Shown here one piece after another: positions 44,471-52,538 of a DNA stretch of 64,000 bases; position 1 is the stretch's first letter; the number at the start of each line of letters is the position of its first letter. The translations under genes and the position numbers were made by a program. A model generated the notes under the pieces. That model did no database searches. It worked only from the letters and a program-made list of their open reading frames with translations, and was not told where the DNA came from. Where the stretch lies: positions 65,317 to 129,316 of the forward strand of contig JAMPAL010000001.1 in NCBI GenBank assembly GCA_023667245.1. Reading direction: 5' to 3'. This DNA comes from Anaeroplasma bactoclasticum (GTDB lineage Bacteria; Bacillota_I; Bacilli_A; ML615J-28; CAG-313).

Positions 44471-45652
44471 TTATTGAAAGGTGATAACAAGTCCATTATT
44501 TTCAATATAAGTTTCAATGGTTTTGATGCGTGATCTATTTTCTTCTGATACTTCAGTTAATTTTAAAATATTGTGTTTAGAACAGCGCACCTCAATATTT
44601 TTTCGGTTCAAACGATAATCTACAATGGCACGGAGTCCTTTATAAAGCCCTTTATACATTGCAGTTAGTAAATCTTGTGGTGTATTGGCATAAGATCCAC
44701 CACTATTGCTATAATCACTATTCTCAATACTATATTTCCATGCAAAAGTATCACTATCCTTAATTGCTATAGGCTGAATGGATAAAACTACTGTTGCATT
44801 TGTTCCCATAGAAAGATCCATTTTGGTATCTACTAACTTAGACAAAACGCGTTTTAATTTGCGATATTCACCAATCGACATATCATTAATATGTTCAACT
44901 AAATTGTTATTCGGATTCGCCACATCTAACACCATATAATTTTTCTTTACTTGATTATCGGGATTCACACCTAGTTTTTGATAAATATCCTTTGATACTT
45001 CTATTTTTTTTCCTTTCATCAATTCGTCTAAAGCCTTGATAAAAGCATGGAGATAGTCCTCATATCGATTGTCTTTAAAATACGTATTGAGTGCATAATA
45101 TAAAATAATTTCTATAATATATCCTGAGATATGAATATTTTGTTCTTCTTTATAATACTGAATAATTTTTACTGCATTTCTAAAATAAGTATAATCTCGG
45201 TTGGCTAGTTCAGTAAACTGAATTTGTAGTTCATCTATAGCAGCAAGATATGCTTCCTGAGTATAACGGATGAGAAGATGAATTACGTAATTTCGCCATC
45301 TGATGGTTATACTATTTCTAGAAATATTTCTCGTGATATCGCTTAATTTTTGCACTTCTTTTGCATAAATAAAAGCATTGACGATTTCATTACATATAGC
45401 CTCATTTTCTAACACAAAGGCAGTTTCACCTGTTGGTTCTACAATCACCATGATGTCTAGTTCTTCAGCATCATTTAGTAAAGTACCTTTGGCCCAAGAT
45501 CCAGCTTTTTGAATTGCCTGAATATGGGTATGTGGCGTCACATTTTTCTCAATGATGTTACTGATTTGCAATAATTTTTCATTGAGGGCATCTCTTTCAT
45601 CAGATAAAATTTCTACATCTGTAACTAATCTTCTAAATTCTTTTTCGGTCAT
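44471..45652 (-). CDS. OAS/cGAS-DncV-like (CD-NTase-fold) nucleotidyltransferase with a ~110-aa C-terminal extension
   Basis: 393 aa. Pol-beta NTase motif: AGSWAKGTLLNDAEELDIMVIV (GS-x11-ExD). OAS/CD-NTase-type helical lobe motifs: AVKIIQYYKEEQNIHISGYIIEIILYYAL (cf. lKxWr...lkSyhLElL) and YMVLDVANPNNNLVEHI (cf. iLDPAnPtnNv). Its ATGA start overlaps the stop of the upstream PHP gene. Confidence 0.6.
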   Translation of the reverse strand: MTEKEFRRLVTDVEILSDERDALNEKLLQISNIIEKNVTPHTHIQAIQKAGSWAKGTLLNDAEELDIMVIVEPTGETAFVLENEAICNEIVNAFIYAKEVQKLSDITRNISRNSITIRWRNYVIHLLIRYTQEAYLAAIDELQIQFTELANRDYTYFRNAVKIIQYYKEEQNIHISGYIIEIILYYALNTYFKDNRYEDYLHAFIKALDELMKGKKIEVSKDIYQKLGVNPDNQVKKNYMVLDVANPNNNLVEHINDMSIGEYRKLKRVLSKLVDTKMDLSMGTNATVVLSIQPIAIKDSDTFAWKYSIENSDYSNSGGSYANTPQDLLTAMYKGLYKGLRAIVDYRLNRKNIEVRCSKHNILKLTEVSEENRSRIKTIETYIENNGLVITFQ

Positions 45653-46461
45653 ACATCCTCCTGATTGATGGGATATTGGTATTCTTTGCGTTGTATATAA
45701 TACACTAGATAATCAAAACCACAAGATTGTATCATGCGCATATAATGTTGGAAAGAAGACTCATATCGCTCTACACTATGTGCATCACTCGATAAGGTTA
45801 AACGTTTCCCTCCTACTTGTTGATATAATTGCAATAAGTAGCGTGTGTGTTGATCATCATGAATGGCCTCTTGTACCTTTGTGTTGATTTCCAATGCTTT
45901 GTTATGCGTAATGAGGTTTCGATAAACCTGTTTGATTTGTTCTTCGTATGTGGATATTTTGATTGTTGAATCCATTAAATAGGCTGTTCTAAAAGCATAA
46001 TCAATATGGGATAACACATTGTAGTTGGTAAAAGAACCTGTTGCTTCTATCATTTCATCAAAATAGGCTGTTAATAATTGATGTATACCATATTGTTTGA
46101 AATACTTGGGCCAATAAAAGTCCGCATAATCATTCTCATGTATACTCAAATTCACTACATCATAAGATTCACTATTGATTTGCGTATGGATTTGATCTAA
46201 ATAGCTTTTTCGATACCCAACCTCAATTCCAAGTAAAAAGGAAATTTGGGGATACTTTAATCGCAATTGTTGATGTTCTTGCTTTAAACGAGCATAATCC
46301 ACTGTCCAGTCCACTTGTCCTTCAACCATATCTAAATCAAAGTGTTCAGTCGTTACAAAATAAGAACACCCCAATTGAATGGCTTTTTGAACATAGGCTT
46401 CTAACTTTTCAGTCGAATCCATAGAATACATTGAATGTACGTGTTGGTCATGTAATTTCAT
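45649..46461 (-). CDS. PHP-domain phosphoesterase, HisJ/HisK histidinol-phosphatase family
   Basis: 270 aa. MKLHDQHVHSMYSMDS (HxH), FVTTEHFD, SIHEND, LSHIDY and LSSDAHS form the typical PHP metal-ligand series. No other his genes are in the window, so a role in histidine synthesis is not established. Confidence 0.8.
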   Translation of the reverse strand: MKLHDQHVHSMYSMDSTEKLEAYVQKAIQLGCSYFVTTEHFDLDMVEGQVDWTVDYARLKQEHQQLRLKYPQISFLLGIEVGYRKSYLDQIHTQINSESYDVVNLSIHENDYADFYWPKYFKQYGIHQLLTAYFDEMIEATGSFTNYNVLSHIDYAFRTAYLMDSTIKISTYEEQIKQVYRNLITHNKALEINTKVQEAIHDDQHTRYLLQLYQQVGGKRLTLSSDAHSVERYESSFQHYMRMIQSCGFDYLVYYIQRKEYQYPINQEDV

Positions 46462-46483
46462 ATATATCGCCTCGAATCAGTTC

Positions 46484-46492
46484 ATTATACCA
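46484..46492 (-). promoter_or_regulatory. Extended -10 element (TGgTATAAT) upstream of the PHP-NTase operon
   Basis: The minus strand reads TGGTATAAT (complement of 46484-46492), 22 nt upstream of the ATG 46461, with a GAGG RBS in between. No good -35 lies at 17 nt (a TTGACT sits 22 nt away). Confidence 0.4.
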
Positions 46493-46609
46493 TATTTTGT
46501 AAAAAAAGTAAAGTCAAACTGCGTATCTAGTGATATATCGTCTTATTGATTTTTTTAATCTCTATTTATTTTGACTATAATAGCCACTTTCAATCTGAGT
46601 TATCCCCTT

Positions 46610-47056
46610 CTACTTGATACACTCTTCTAAGATAAATCCTTTTACTTTATGAATGATTACACCATAATCATCTATGACTTCCATAATTTTATCTTTCAGT
46701 CCTGTGGCTAGTTCTTTATTTTCTTCTAAAAATTTAAGTGCACTAATCAATCCCATATTTGTTGATTTGATGGCATTAATACAAATTGTAAATGCATCAT
46801 GGAACACCTTCATCTTTTCTTTATAAACTCCCATAATACCTGCTGCGGTGAGGCTACTTGTAGGCTCTTCATTAAATTCTTGAATTAATGAACGAATGCC
46901 TTCTTCATGTTTTTTAAACATTTCCATAATTTCAACAATCAAGCGACTGAGTTTTTCTTCTTTTAATCTTTGTGCCTCATCATAATAAATACGATAAATA
47001 CTATTTCCCATATGTACATAAGATAAAAATTTATTTAATTCATTTGTTTTTTCCAT
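46610..47056 (-). CDS. Four-helix-bundle protein, DUF2383/PA2169-like (tentative)
   Basis: Start refined to ATG 47056 (AGGAGGA RBS 7 nt upstream). The protein is helical, and LNKFLSYVHMGNSIYRIYYDEAQ...EEPTSSLTAAGIMGVYKEKMKVF resembles the DUF2383 pattern (from memory). Confidence 0.4.
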   Translation of the reverse strand: MEKTNELNKFLSYVHMGNSIYRIYYDEAQRLKEEKLSRLIVEIMEMFKKHEEGIRSLIQEFNEEPTSSLTAAGIMGVYKEKMKVFHDAFTICINAIKSTNMGLISALKFLEENKELATGLKDKIMEVIDDYGVIIHKVKGFILEECIK

Positions 47057-47170
47057 AAAACAATCCTCCTTTTTTATAGTATTTACCATAAATGGGAAAA
47101 GTATAATTTTATTTTTTGCTTATAATATAGGAAATAATCAATTAAATTAAAATTGATTTTTTCATAATAA

Positions 47171-47200
47171 AGAAAAATTACCCTTCATAAAAAGGGTAAT
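47171..47200 (-). terminator. Rho-independent terminator closing the long minus-strand carbohydrate locus
   Basis: Stem attaccctt (47177-47185) / aagggtaat (47192-47200) with a 6-nt loop. On the minus strand it is followed by tttttcttt. It lies 4 nt after the stop at 47204. Confidence 0.65.
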
Positions 47201-47203
47201 TTA

Positions 47204-48544
47204 TTATTTATATTTGAGTATTTGACGATTATTTTTAAGTATCGTAGCTACATCATGATAGGAAATTTGGCGTATATCTTTATTCTGTTGAATAGACAAT
47301 GCACCAAGCACACCAGCTGCCTCACCCAGTGCCATACAAACAGGACTTACCCGAAGAGATGCTGCTGCTTCATGAGTCGCACCAATCATTCTTCCTGTTA
47401 CAATTAAATTATTCAATCCTTTTGGTAATAGACATCGTAAAGGAATCTCAAAAGCCAAATGATTGATTGTTGTATCATCATCTACTTCTAATGCATCTCC
47501 TACTGGAGAATGAATATCCATAGGAAACGCGCTTACACATATGGCATCATTAAATTGACGATGTTCTAATACATCTTCTTTGGTCATCATATAATCACAT
47601 ATCATATGTCTAGTTTCTCTGACACCAATTTGATAAGGAGTTTGAACAATGTAACTATGCTCAAAGCCGGGAATATAGTGTTTTAAAAATTGAAAAGTTT
47701 CTTCTATTTGTTTTCTTCCTTCTATTTCCGCCTTTGTTAATGCTTGCGCGTCCAAAGCGGAATGCTTCAATACTCTAGTCATATTGATTGTAACTTCATT
47801 GGTACGCACATTTTCAAAAAGTAAGACCCGATCACGCTGAATAGAGAAATCATGATTCTCTTTCGCCTGCTTTACTTCTTTGAAAAATCCACTAATACCT
47901 ATGTATTGAAAATCATATTTGTCATTCAAAACAAAATTGTCAGGATGCTCTTGCATTGCTTTTCTGAGTTGATTCAAATCTACATTCCCAACCACAAAAG
48001 GCATCGTCATTGGTTGACACAATTGATCCGTATCACGTCCAATATGATACTTTGCTCCTGCACTTGTTGCAAGATCACCATCACCTGTTGCATCAATAAA
48101 TACCTTGGCATATTGGTTTGAAACACCGCTTTTATTCGCAATTGTTACAGCTTGAATTGTTCCATCTTCTACTACAGTATGAATTATCTTTGTATGTAAT
48201 AGTAAATCAATATTCTGCTCAACAATCATATCAAAATAAAGTTTTTTCAATGCTTCCGTATCAATCGGTGTTACTGTACTACAAAATCCGAGGGGATCTT
48301 CAATATGGCCTAATGTACCCTTCGTTTGCTTCAATCGTTCAATGATTTCAGAAGCAATTCCACCTATAATAGGTTTACCTTGATTGTGATAAGTCATCAG
48401 TGGTCCAACTAAACTTAGTGTATTGGTTCCACCAAGTATTGCTGTATCTTCGATAAGCAACACTTTGGCCCCACTTCGTTTCGCGGCAATAGCTGCACAT
48501 ATGCCAGCAGGTCCAGCTCCACCTACTATTACATCATAAATCAT
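47204..48544 (-). CDS. FAD-dependent oxidoreductase (FAD_oxidored / PF12831-like)
   Basis: Start refined to ATG 48544 (GGAGG 9 nt upstream). The dinucleotide-binding motif is MIYDVIVGGAGPAGICAAIAAKRSGAKVLLIE..ILGGT. The C-terminal GRMIGATHEAAASLRV...GEAAG is typical of this family, which I recall is common in glycan-utilisation loci. Confidence 0.8.
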   Translation of the reverse strand: MIYDVIVGGAGPAGICAAIAAKRSGAKVLLIEDTAILGGTNTLSLVGPLMTYHNQGKPIIGGIASEIIERLKQTKGTLGHIEDPLGFCSTVTPIDTEALKKLYFDMIVEQNIDLLLHTKIIHTVVEDGTIQAVTIANKSGVSNQYAKVFIDATGDGDLATSAGAKYHIGRDTDQLCQPMTMPFVVGNVDLNQLRKAMQEHPDNFVLNDKYDFQYIGISGFFKEVKQAKENHDFSIQRDRVLLFENVRTNEVTINMTRVLKHSALDAQALTKAEIEGRKQIEETFQFLKHYIPGFEHSYIVQTPYQIGVRETRHMICDYMMTKEDVLEHRQFNDAICVSAFPMDIHSPVGDALEVDDDTTINHLAFEIPLRCLLPKGLNNLIVTGRMIGATHEAAASLRVSPVCMALGEAAGVLGALSIQQNKDIRQISYHDVATILKNNRQILKYK

Positions 48545-50003
48545 TTGACTCTTCCTCCACCTTGATTTCAATCTCAAACATTCTACCCCAAGGCAAAGTC
48601 ATTTGATAAGGTGTATGGTCAATCCAATCATCATATTGATGTATCCATTTGGCTACTTCTGCTAATGCCAAATCAACATCGGATTCTAAATTGTAAATAG
48701 AACAACCTTTTTGGATTAATGTTTCAGATGCCTTTCTTCTAGCTATATATTGATATATACAATCATCCATAATACGCTCTTTCAAAAAAGCCGTATTGGT
48801 TGTTGATTCTGGATGAACCAAATAAGCCATTGCGTTACAAAGCGCAGTACCTAGTGAATTAGATGAAGTATTCCAAGCGGAATATCCTAGTAATTTTCGA
48901 TATTCTACATCTTGAAGCAACTCTATACTACCTCCATTAGGAAAAAGTAAGTCTACCAATAAAACTGGTTTTTGTTGAATATAGTTATTGAGTTGTTGAA
49001 TATATTGAGAATATGCTTCATCTTTTCGAATAGGTACTTCAATGTATTCTTTTAATTCTAATGGATGATTTTCTTCTTCCGCAAAAATAGCCAGTATAAA
49101 CGATGCATCTTCTACTTGATCAACCAATTGAATACCTATTGTCTCTAACATTTTATATAAGTTTTCTGAAAAGGGTCGATCTTCAAATAAATGGCACTTC
49201 TCCAAAATAGCACTAGATGGCATATGCAAATAAGCCTTAGGTGTCATTTGATATTCTTCTTTGATGATTCTAGCTAACAATACAGCTGCACCTTCATCTG
49301 TTCCATTATAAAATTCTACCACATCAACCAATTGGTCCTTTTCCATTTGAGCTTGAATTTCTACTTGATCAATAGCTTGAATGCCATAAGGACTCGCATC
49401 TTCTTGTAATAATATCATTTTATCTATAATCTTATCTTTTGCTAATGATAAAAAGAATTTGTTTAAAATGAGTTTGGTCTTTCTTGCTTTTAAATAGGTA
49501 TTTAAAATATGCGGTGGAATACTTTCTTCTATCATCTTTAGTTTTGCAATATCCTCTGGTTTTTGAAAGAAATAACAAGCCCCTTTTAAACGAGCAAATT
49601 CATTCATCACATTATAATAACGATGACTTTCTTCATCAAATGCGGTAATGGCTGTACGCATAATAGTATCAAATACATATATTTTTAAATGAGTGTACTG
49701 TTGTTTGATTTGCCTAATTACATCCAATTGTGTCAACACTTTTTCTAAATCAATCTGAGCTTTACGAGCTTGAATAAGACCGCCAAAACATAAGCCATCT
49801 GTAGAAAGAATCAAATAATCCATTTGATGCACATTTTCTTCTAACCATGGAATCATATAATCGATGTTTGCCCCCTGATATAAATTACCACAGGCTTCTC
49901 TAGGATACATTAGCAATTGGAAATTTGCAATTTTAGCTAGACTTTCTATCCATATCGTATTACATGGTCTACTATCTAATGGGATTAATCCTACACGTAT
50001 CAT
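48534..50003 (-). CDS. DUF4127-like protein (function unknown)
   Basis: 489 aa with no signal peptide or TM. The N-terminal MIRVGLIPLDSRPCN resembles my recollection of DUF4127. Both ends overlap neighbouring genes (translational coupling). Confidence 0.45.
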   Translation of the reverse strand: MIRVGLIPLDSRPCNTIWIESLAKIANFQLLMYPREACGNLYQGANIDYMIPWLEENVHQMDYLILSTDGLCFGGLIQARKAQIDLEKVLTQLDVIRQIKQQYTHLKIYVFDTIMRTAITAFDEESHRYYNVMNEFARLKGACYFFQKPEDIAKLKMIEESIPPHILNTYLKARKTKLILNKFFLSLAKDKIIDKMILLQEDASPYGIQAIDQVEIQAQMEKDQLVDVVEFYNGTDEGAAVLLARIIKEEYQMTPKAYLHMPSSAILEKCHLFEDRPFSENLYKMLETIGIQLVDQVEDASFILAIFAEEENHPLELKEYIEVPIRKDEAYSQYIQQLNNYIQQKPVLLVDLLFPNGGSIELLQDVEYRKLLGYSAWNTSSNSLGTALCNAMAYLVHPESTTNTAFLKERIMDDCIYQYIARRKASETLIQKGCSIYNLESDVDLALAEVAKWIHQYDDWIDHTPYQMTLPWGRMFEIEIKVEEESNDL

Positions 50004-50701
50004 AAACGATCTATTGCTTCACGGAACGATTTCAAAGTTGAAAAAATAGAATCCTTTTCTTTGCCCATTGAAATAGCTCCAACCATTACAGCTTTTACAC
50101 CACATGCCGCAAGTGCCTTCACATCCTCTGGCAAAACAACATGTTGGGTCGGAATAATTGCTGGTATCTTGGAACGAGATGCTAAATACTTATATCGAAC
50201 TAAATCTCTTGCATTTAATCTTTCCCCGTATGTTTCTGGTAAACAGATTGAAAGTTCCAAAATATCGGCAAAATCGCCCTGACTTACTGCCTCAATTTCT
50301 TCTAAAGTATATGTGCTATTGACAGCAAAGAAATTGGTGATATCTTTTCTAGTAATTAAAGATGCAGGTGTATGATGACCATATAATGAAACAAAATCAA
50401 ATCCCATTTTCACCACTTCATCTAATTGTTTTTCTGCAACAAATGCATCTTCTCCAACCACAATACCTACTGGAACAGGAGAATCTTTGAGTATTTTTTC
50501 AAATACACTCTTATTGTCTTCTAATGAACCAAATGTGTTGTTACTTGCACGATGCCATACATTGATATGTACCTTAATCGCATCTGCTCCTGCTTCCCAT
50601 GCTGCTTTTGCAAAATCATAATTATTTGCAGGAATGCTCGCAATTAAACACATTTTGTTTTGATTTAATTTATCTAATAATCGATTCATTTTTCTTTTCA
50701 T
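50000..50701 (-). CDS. Putative (beta/alpha)8 TIM-barrel enzyme, NanE-like phosphate-binding type (tentative)
   Basis: 233 aa. It has an alternating beta/alpha pattern: AGADAIKVH, VPVGIVVG, GFDFVSLYGHH, IPAIIPTQ, GVKAVMVGAISMG. The start is uncertain (ATG at 50701, 50689 or 50653). Confidence 0.35.
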   Translation of the reverse strand: MKRKMNRLLDKLNQNKMCLIASIPANNYDFAKAAWEAGADAIKVHINVWHRASNNTFGSLEDNKSVFEKILKDSPVPVGIVVGEDAFVAEKQLDEVVKMGFDFVSLYGHHTPASLITRKDITNFFAVNSTYTLEEIEAVSQGDFADILELSICLPETYGERLNARDLVRYKYLASRSKIPAIIPTQHVVLPEDVKALAACGVKAVMVGAISMGKEKDSIFSTLKSFREAIDRL

Positions 50702-51791
50702 CTTCCTTCTTCATTATTTTCTTAAACTCTTTTTCTAAATGATTAGCCATTTTTTTAAATCCTAAATCATTGGGATGAATACTATCAACAGTATACTCAT
50801 GGTAATCATCTCCTAATAATTTCGAACCATTAATATAATAAATATGATGGTCCTTTTTGCTTAATCTTTGTACCAATTGTTGTTGAAATAATCGGATTTG
50901 CTCTCGTTTTTTGCCCAATGTATCCGGATTTAAATCATCAAATAAATATTTAATTCTAGAAATTACAACAATTGGTTTATCAGGATGATGCATTCTTATC
51001 ATTCGAATCATATTTTCTAAGGTTTCCTCTAGTCGCCCATTTGTCCCACCATTGGCTTCATAATCTAGCACAAACATAGATGCATTTTCAATAGAGGCCA
51101 TCATTTCTGCAACAACAGCCTCACCAAAAGCATTCCCAGAAAACCCAAAATTGATGATTTCTGCTTTCATTGCTCGAGATAAAAGATTTGTATAGCATAA
51201 GCCAGGACGGCTAGCACATCCACCTTGTGTAATAGATGTGCCGTAATACACAATCTTATAATGATTAGAAAAATTCTCAAGGGGCTTATGTATATAAGCA
51301 CCTTTATCAATAGCGATTTCTATATGTTCTACACCCCCATACAATGGGAAATGAATCACAACCAAACGCTCTTCTTGTTTTAAGTCTTTGAATAATGTAT
51401 ATTCATATTCTTGCATACCTACCGCAAATCGACTAGAATCATAAAACATTAATGAATCATAATCTTTCCCCACATAGCAATCAAATCCACCTTGCGCAAC
51501 AAATGTCATGCCAGAAATACCAGCCATATGATGTACTTTTGCATGAATTACTAAACAAGTAGAATTGGTGATAAAATGGAGTTGTCCACCCGCAGTATGT
51601 TTACTTAAAGCAACTACTTTGGGTGATACTTTACCAATTTCTTCCTCCCATTTTTTCGAAAGCCTTTGATACAAATGTTCTTCTTGTATCCAATTCAAAC
51701 CATAAAATTGCACATCATCTGTTAAGGGGTCTATCCATTTGGTTCCTGCTATTGGGGTCAATGGTATGTCAAAATTTTTGTCTAAATTCAT
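50670..51791 (-). CDS. SGNH/GDSL-family hydrolase (putative carbohydrate esterase) with an N-terminal beta-rich domain
   Basis: 373 aa. Block I VYYGTSITQGG (nucleophile Ser), block II FGFSGNA, block V DSIHPND (Asp-x-x-His). Confidence 0.7.
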   Translation of the reverse strand: MNLDKNFDIPLTPIAGTKWIDPLTDDVQFYGLNWIQEEHLYQRLSKKWEEEIGKVSPKVVALSKHTAGGQLHFITNSTCLVIHAKVHHMAGISGMTFVAQGGFDCYVGKDYDSLMFYDSSRFAVGMQEYEYTLFKDLKQEERLVVIHFPLYGGVEHIEIAIDKGAYIHKPLENFSNHYKIVYYGTSITQGGCASRPGLCYTNLLSRAMKAEIINFGFSGNAFGEAVVAEMMASIENASMFVLDYEANGGTNGRLEETLENMIRMIRMHHPDKPIVVISRIKYLFDDLNPDTLGKKREQIRLFQQQLVQRLSKKDHHIYYINGSKLLGDDYHEYTVDSIHPNDLGFKKMANHLEKEFKKIMKKEDEKKNESIIR

Positions 51792-51800
51792 ATTTCTCCT

Positions 51801-52529
51801 CTATTTTTTAGAGAAGTTGTGTTTAAATCTAAAATGGGTTCCTAAAAAATACTGTCTATTGTACATGAATGCACAACCATTTTCTAGGTAGCTAACTGAA
51901 CTCATATATAAAGCTGATTCATTTTCAGTGCAATGTAGGATTTCTGCAACCCTCGGTGCAAGAGATCTAGCTTCAATAGCACATTCACAATTACGAATAA
52001 CAAACCCTAATTCAGTTTGTATATAGGTATGAATGGAATGTAAAAATATTTCAGGTGTTAAATCTGGATACAATTTTACTGGTAAATAAATTCTTTCATA
52101 CACAAGTGGTGTATTGTTTAATTTTCTAACACGTTCCACATAGTATACTTTTTCTACAGGTAATAACTGAAGTTTTTTGATAATGATTTCATCAGGTTGT
52201 TCTACCGAAAAATTAATCACTGTATTGACTAATTCACCATCTCCACCTATCATTTCTCTAGAAAAGCTAAAGAAAGGTACCTTTGAATTTTGATCCATTT
52301 CTGTCTTATTAAACACAACAAATGTACCTTTTCCTTTATGACGATAGATATAGCCATCTACTAATAAATTATCTACTGCGTGCCGAACGGTCATTCTGGC
52401 TACGCCATATTTTGCACATAATTCAATTTCACTAGGAATCATCTCGCCTTGTTTTAATTTACCGCTTAAAATATCTTTTCTTAAATCTCTTTCAATAACC
52501 TTATATATAGGTTCTTTTACTTCTACCAT
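51801..52529 (-). CDS. GntR-family transcriptional regulator (HutC subfamily, UTRA effector domain)
   Basis: 242 aa. The winged HTH is PIYKVIERDLRKDILSGKLKQGEMIPSEIELCAKYGVARMTVRHAVDNLLVDGYIYRHKGKGTFV, followed by a UTRA-sized C-terminal domain. Confidence 0.9.
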   Translation of the reverse strand: MVEVKEPIYKVIERDLRKDILSGKLKQGEMIPSEIELCAKYGVARMTVRHAVDNLLVDGYIYRHKGKGTFVVFNKTEMDQNSKVPFFSFSREMIGGDGELVNTVINFSVEQPDEIIIKKLQLLPVEKVYYVERVRKLNNTPLVYERIYLPVKLYPDLTPEIFLHSIHTYIQTELGFVIRNCECAIEARSLAPRVAEILHCTENESALYMSSVSYLENGCAFMYNRQYFLGTHFRFKHNFSKK

Positions 52530-52538
52530 TTTTCCCTC

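Noticed and set aside
45649-46461. Calling the PHP gene hisJ/hisK (histidinol-phosphatase of histidine biosynthesis)
   Set aside because: The family membership is clear. However, no other his genes are nearby, and the gene is translationally coupled to an NTase-fold gene. Substrate specificity cannot be inferred from sequence, so the gene symbol is left empty.
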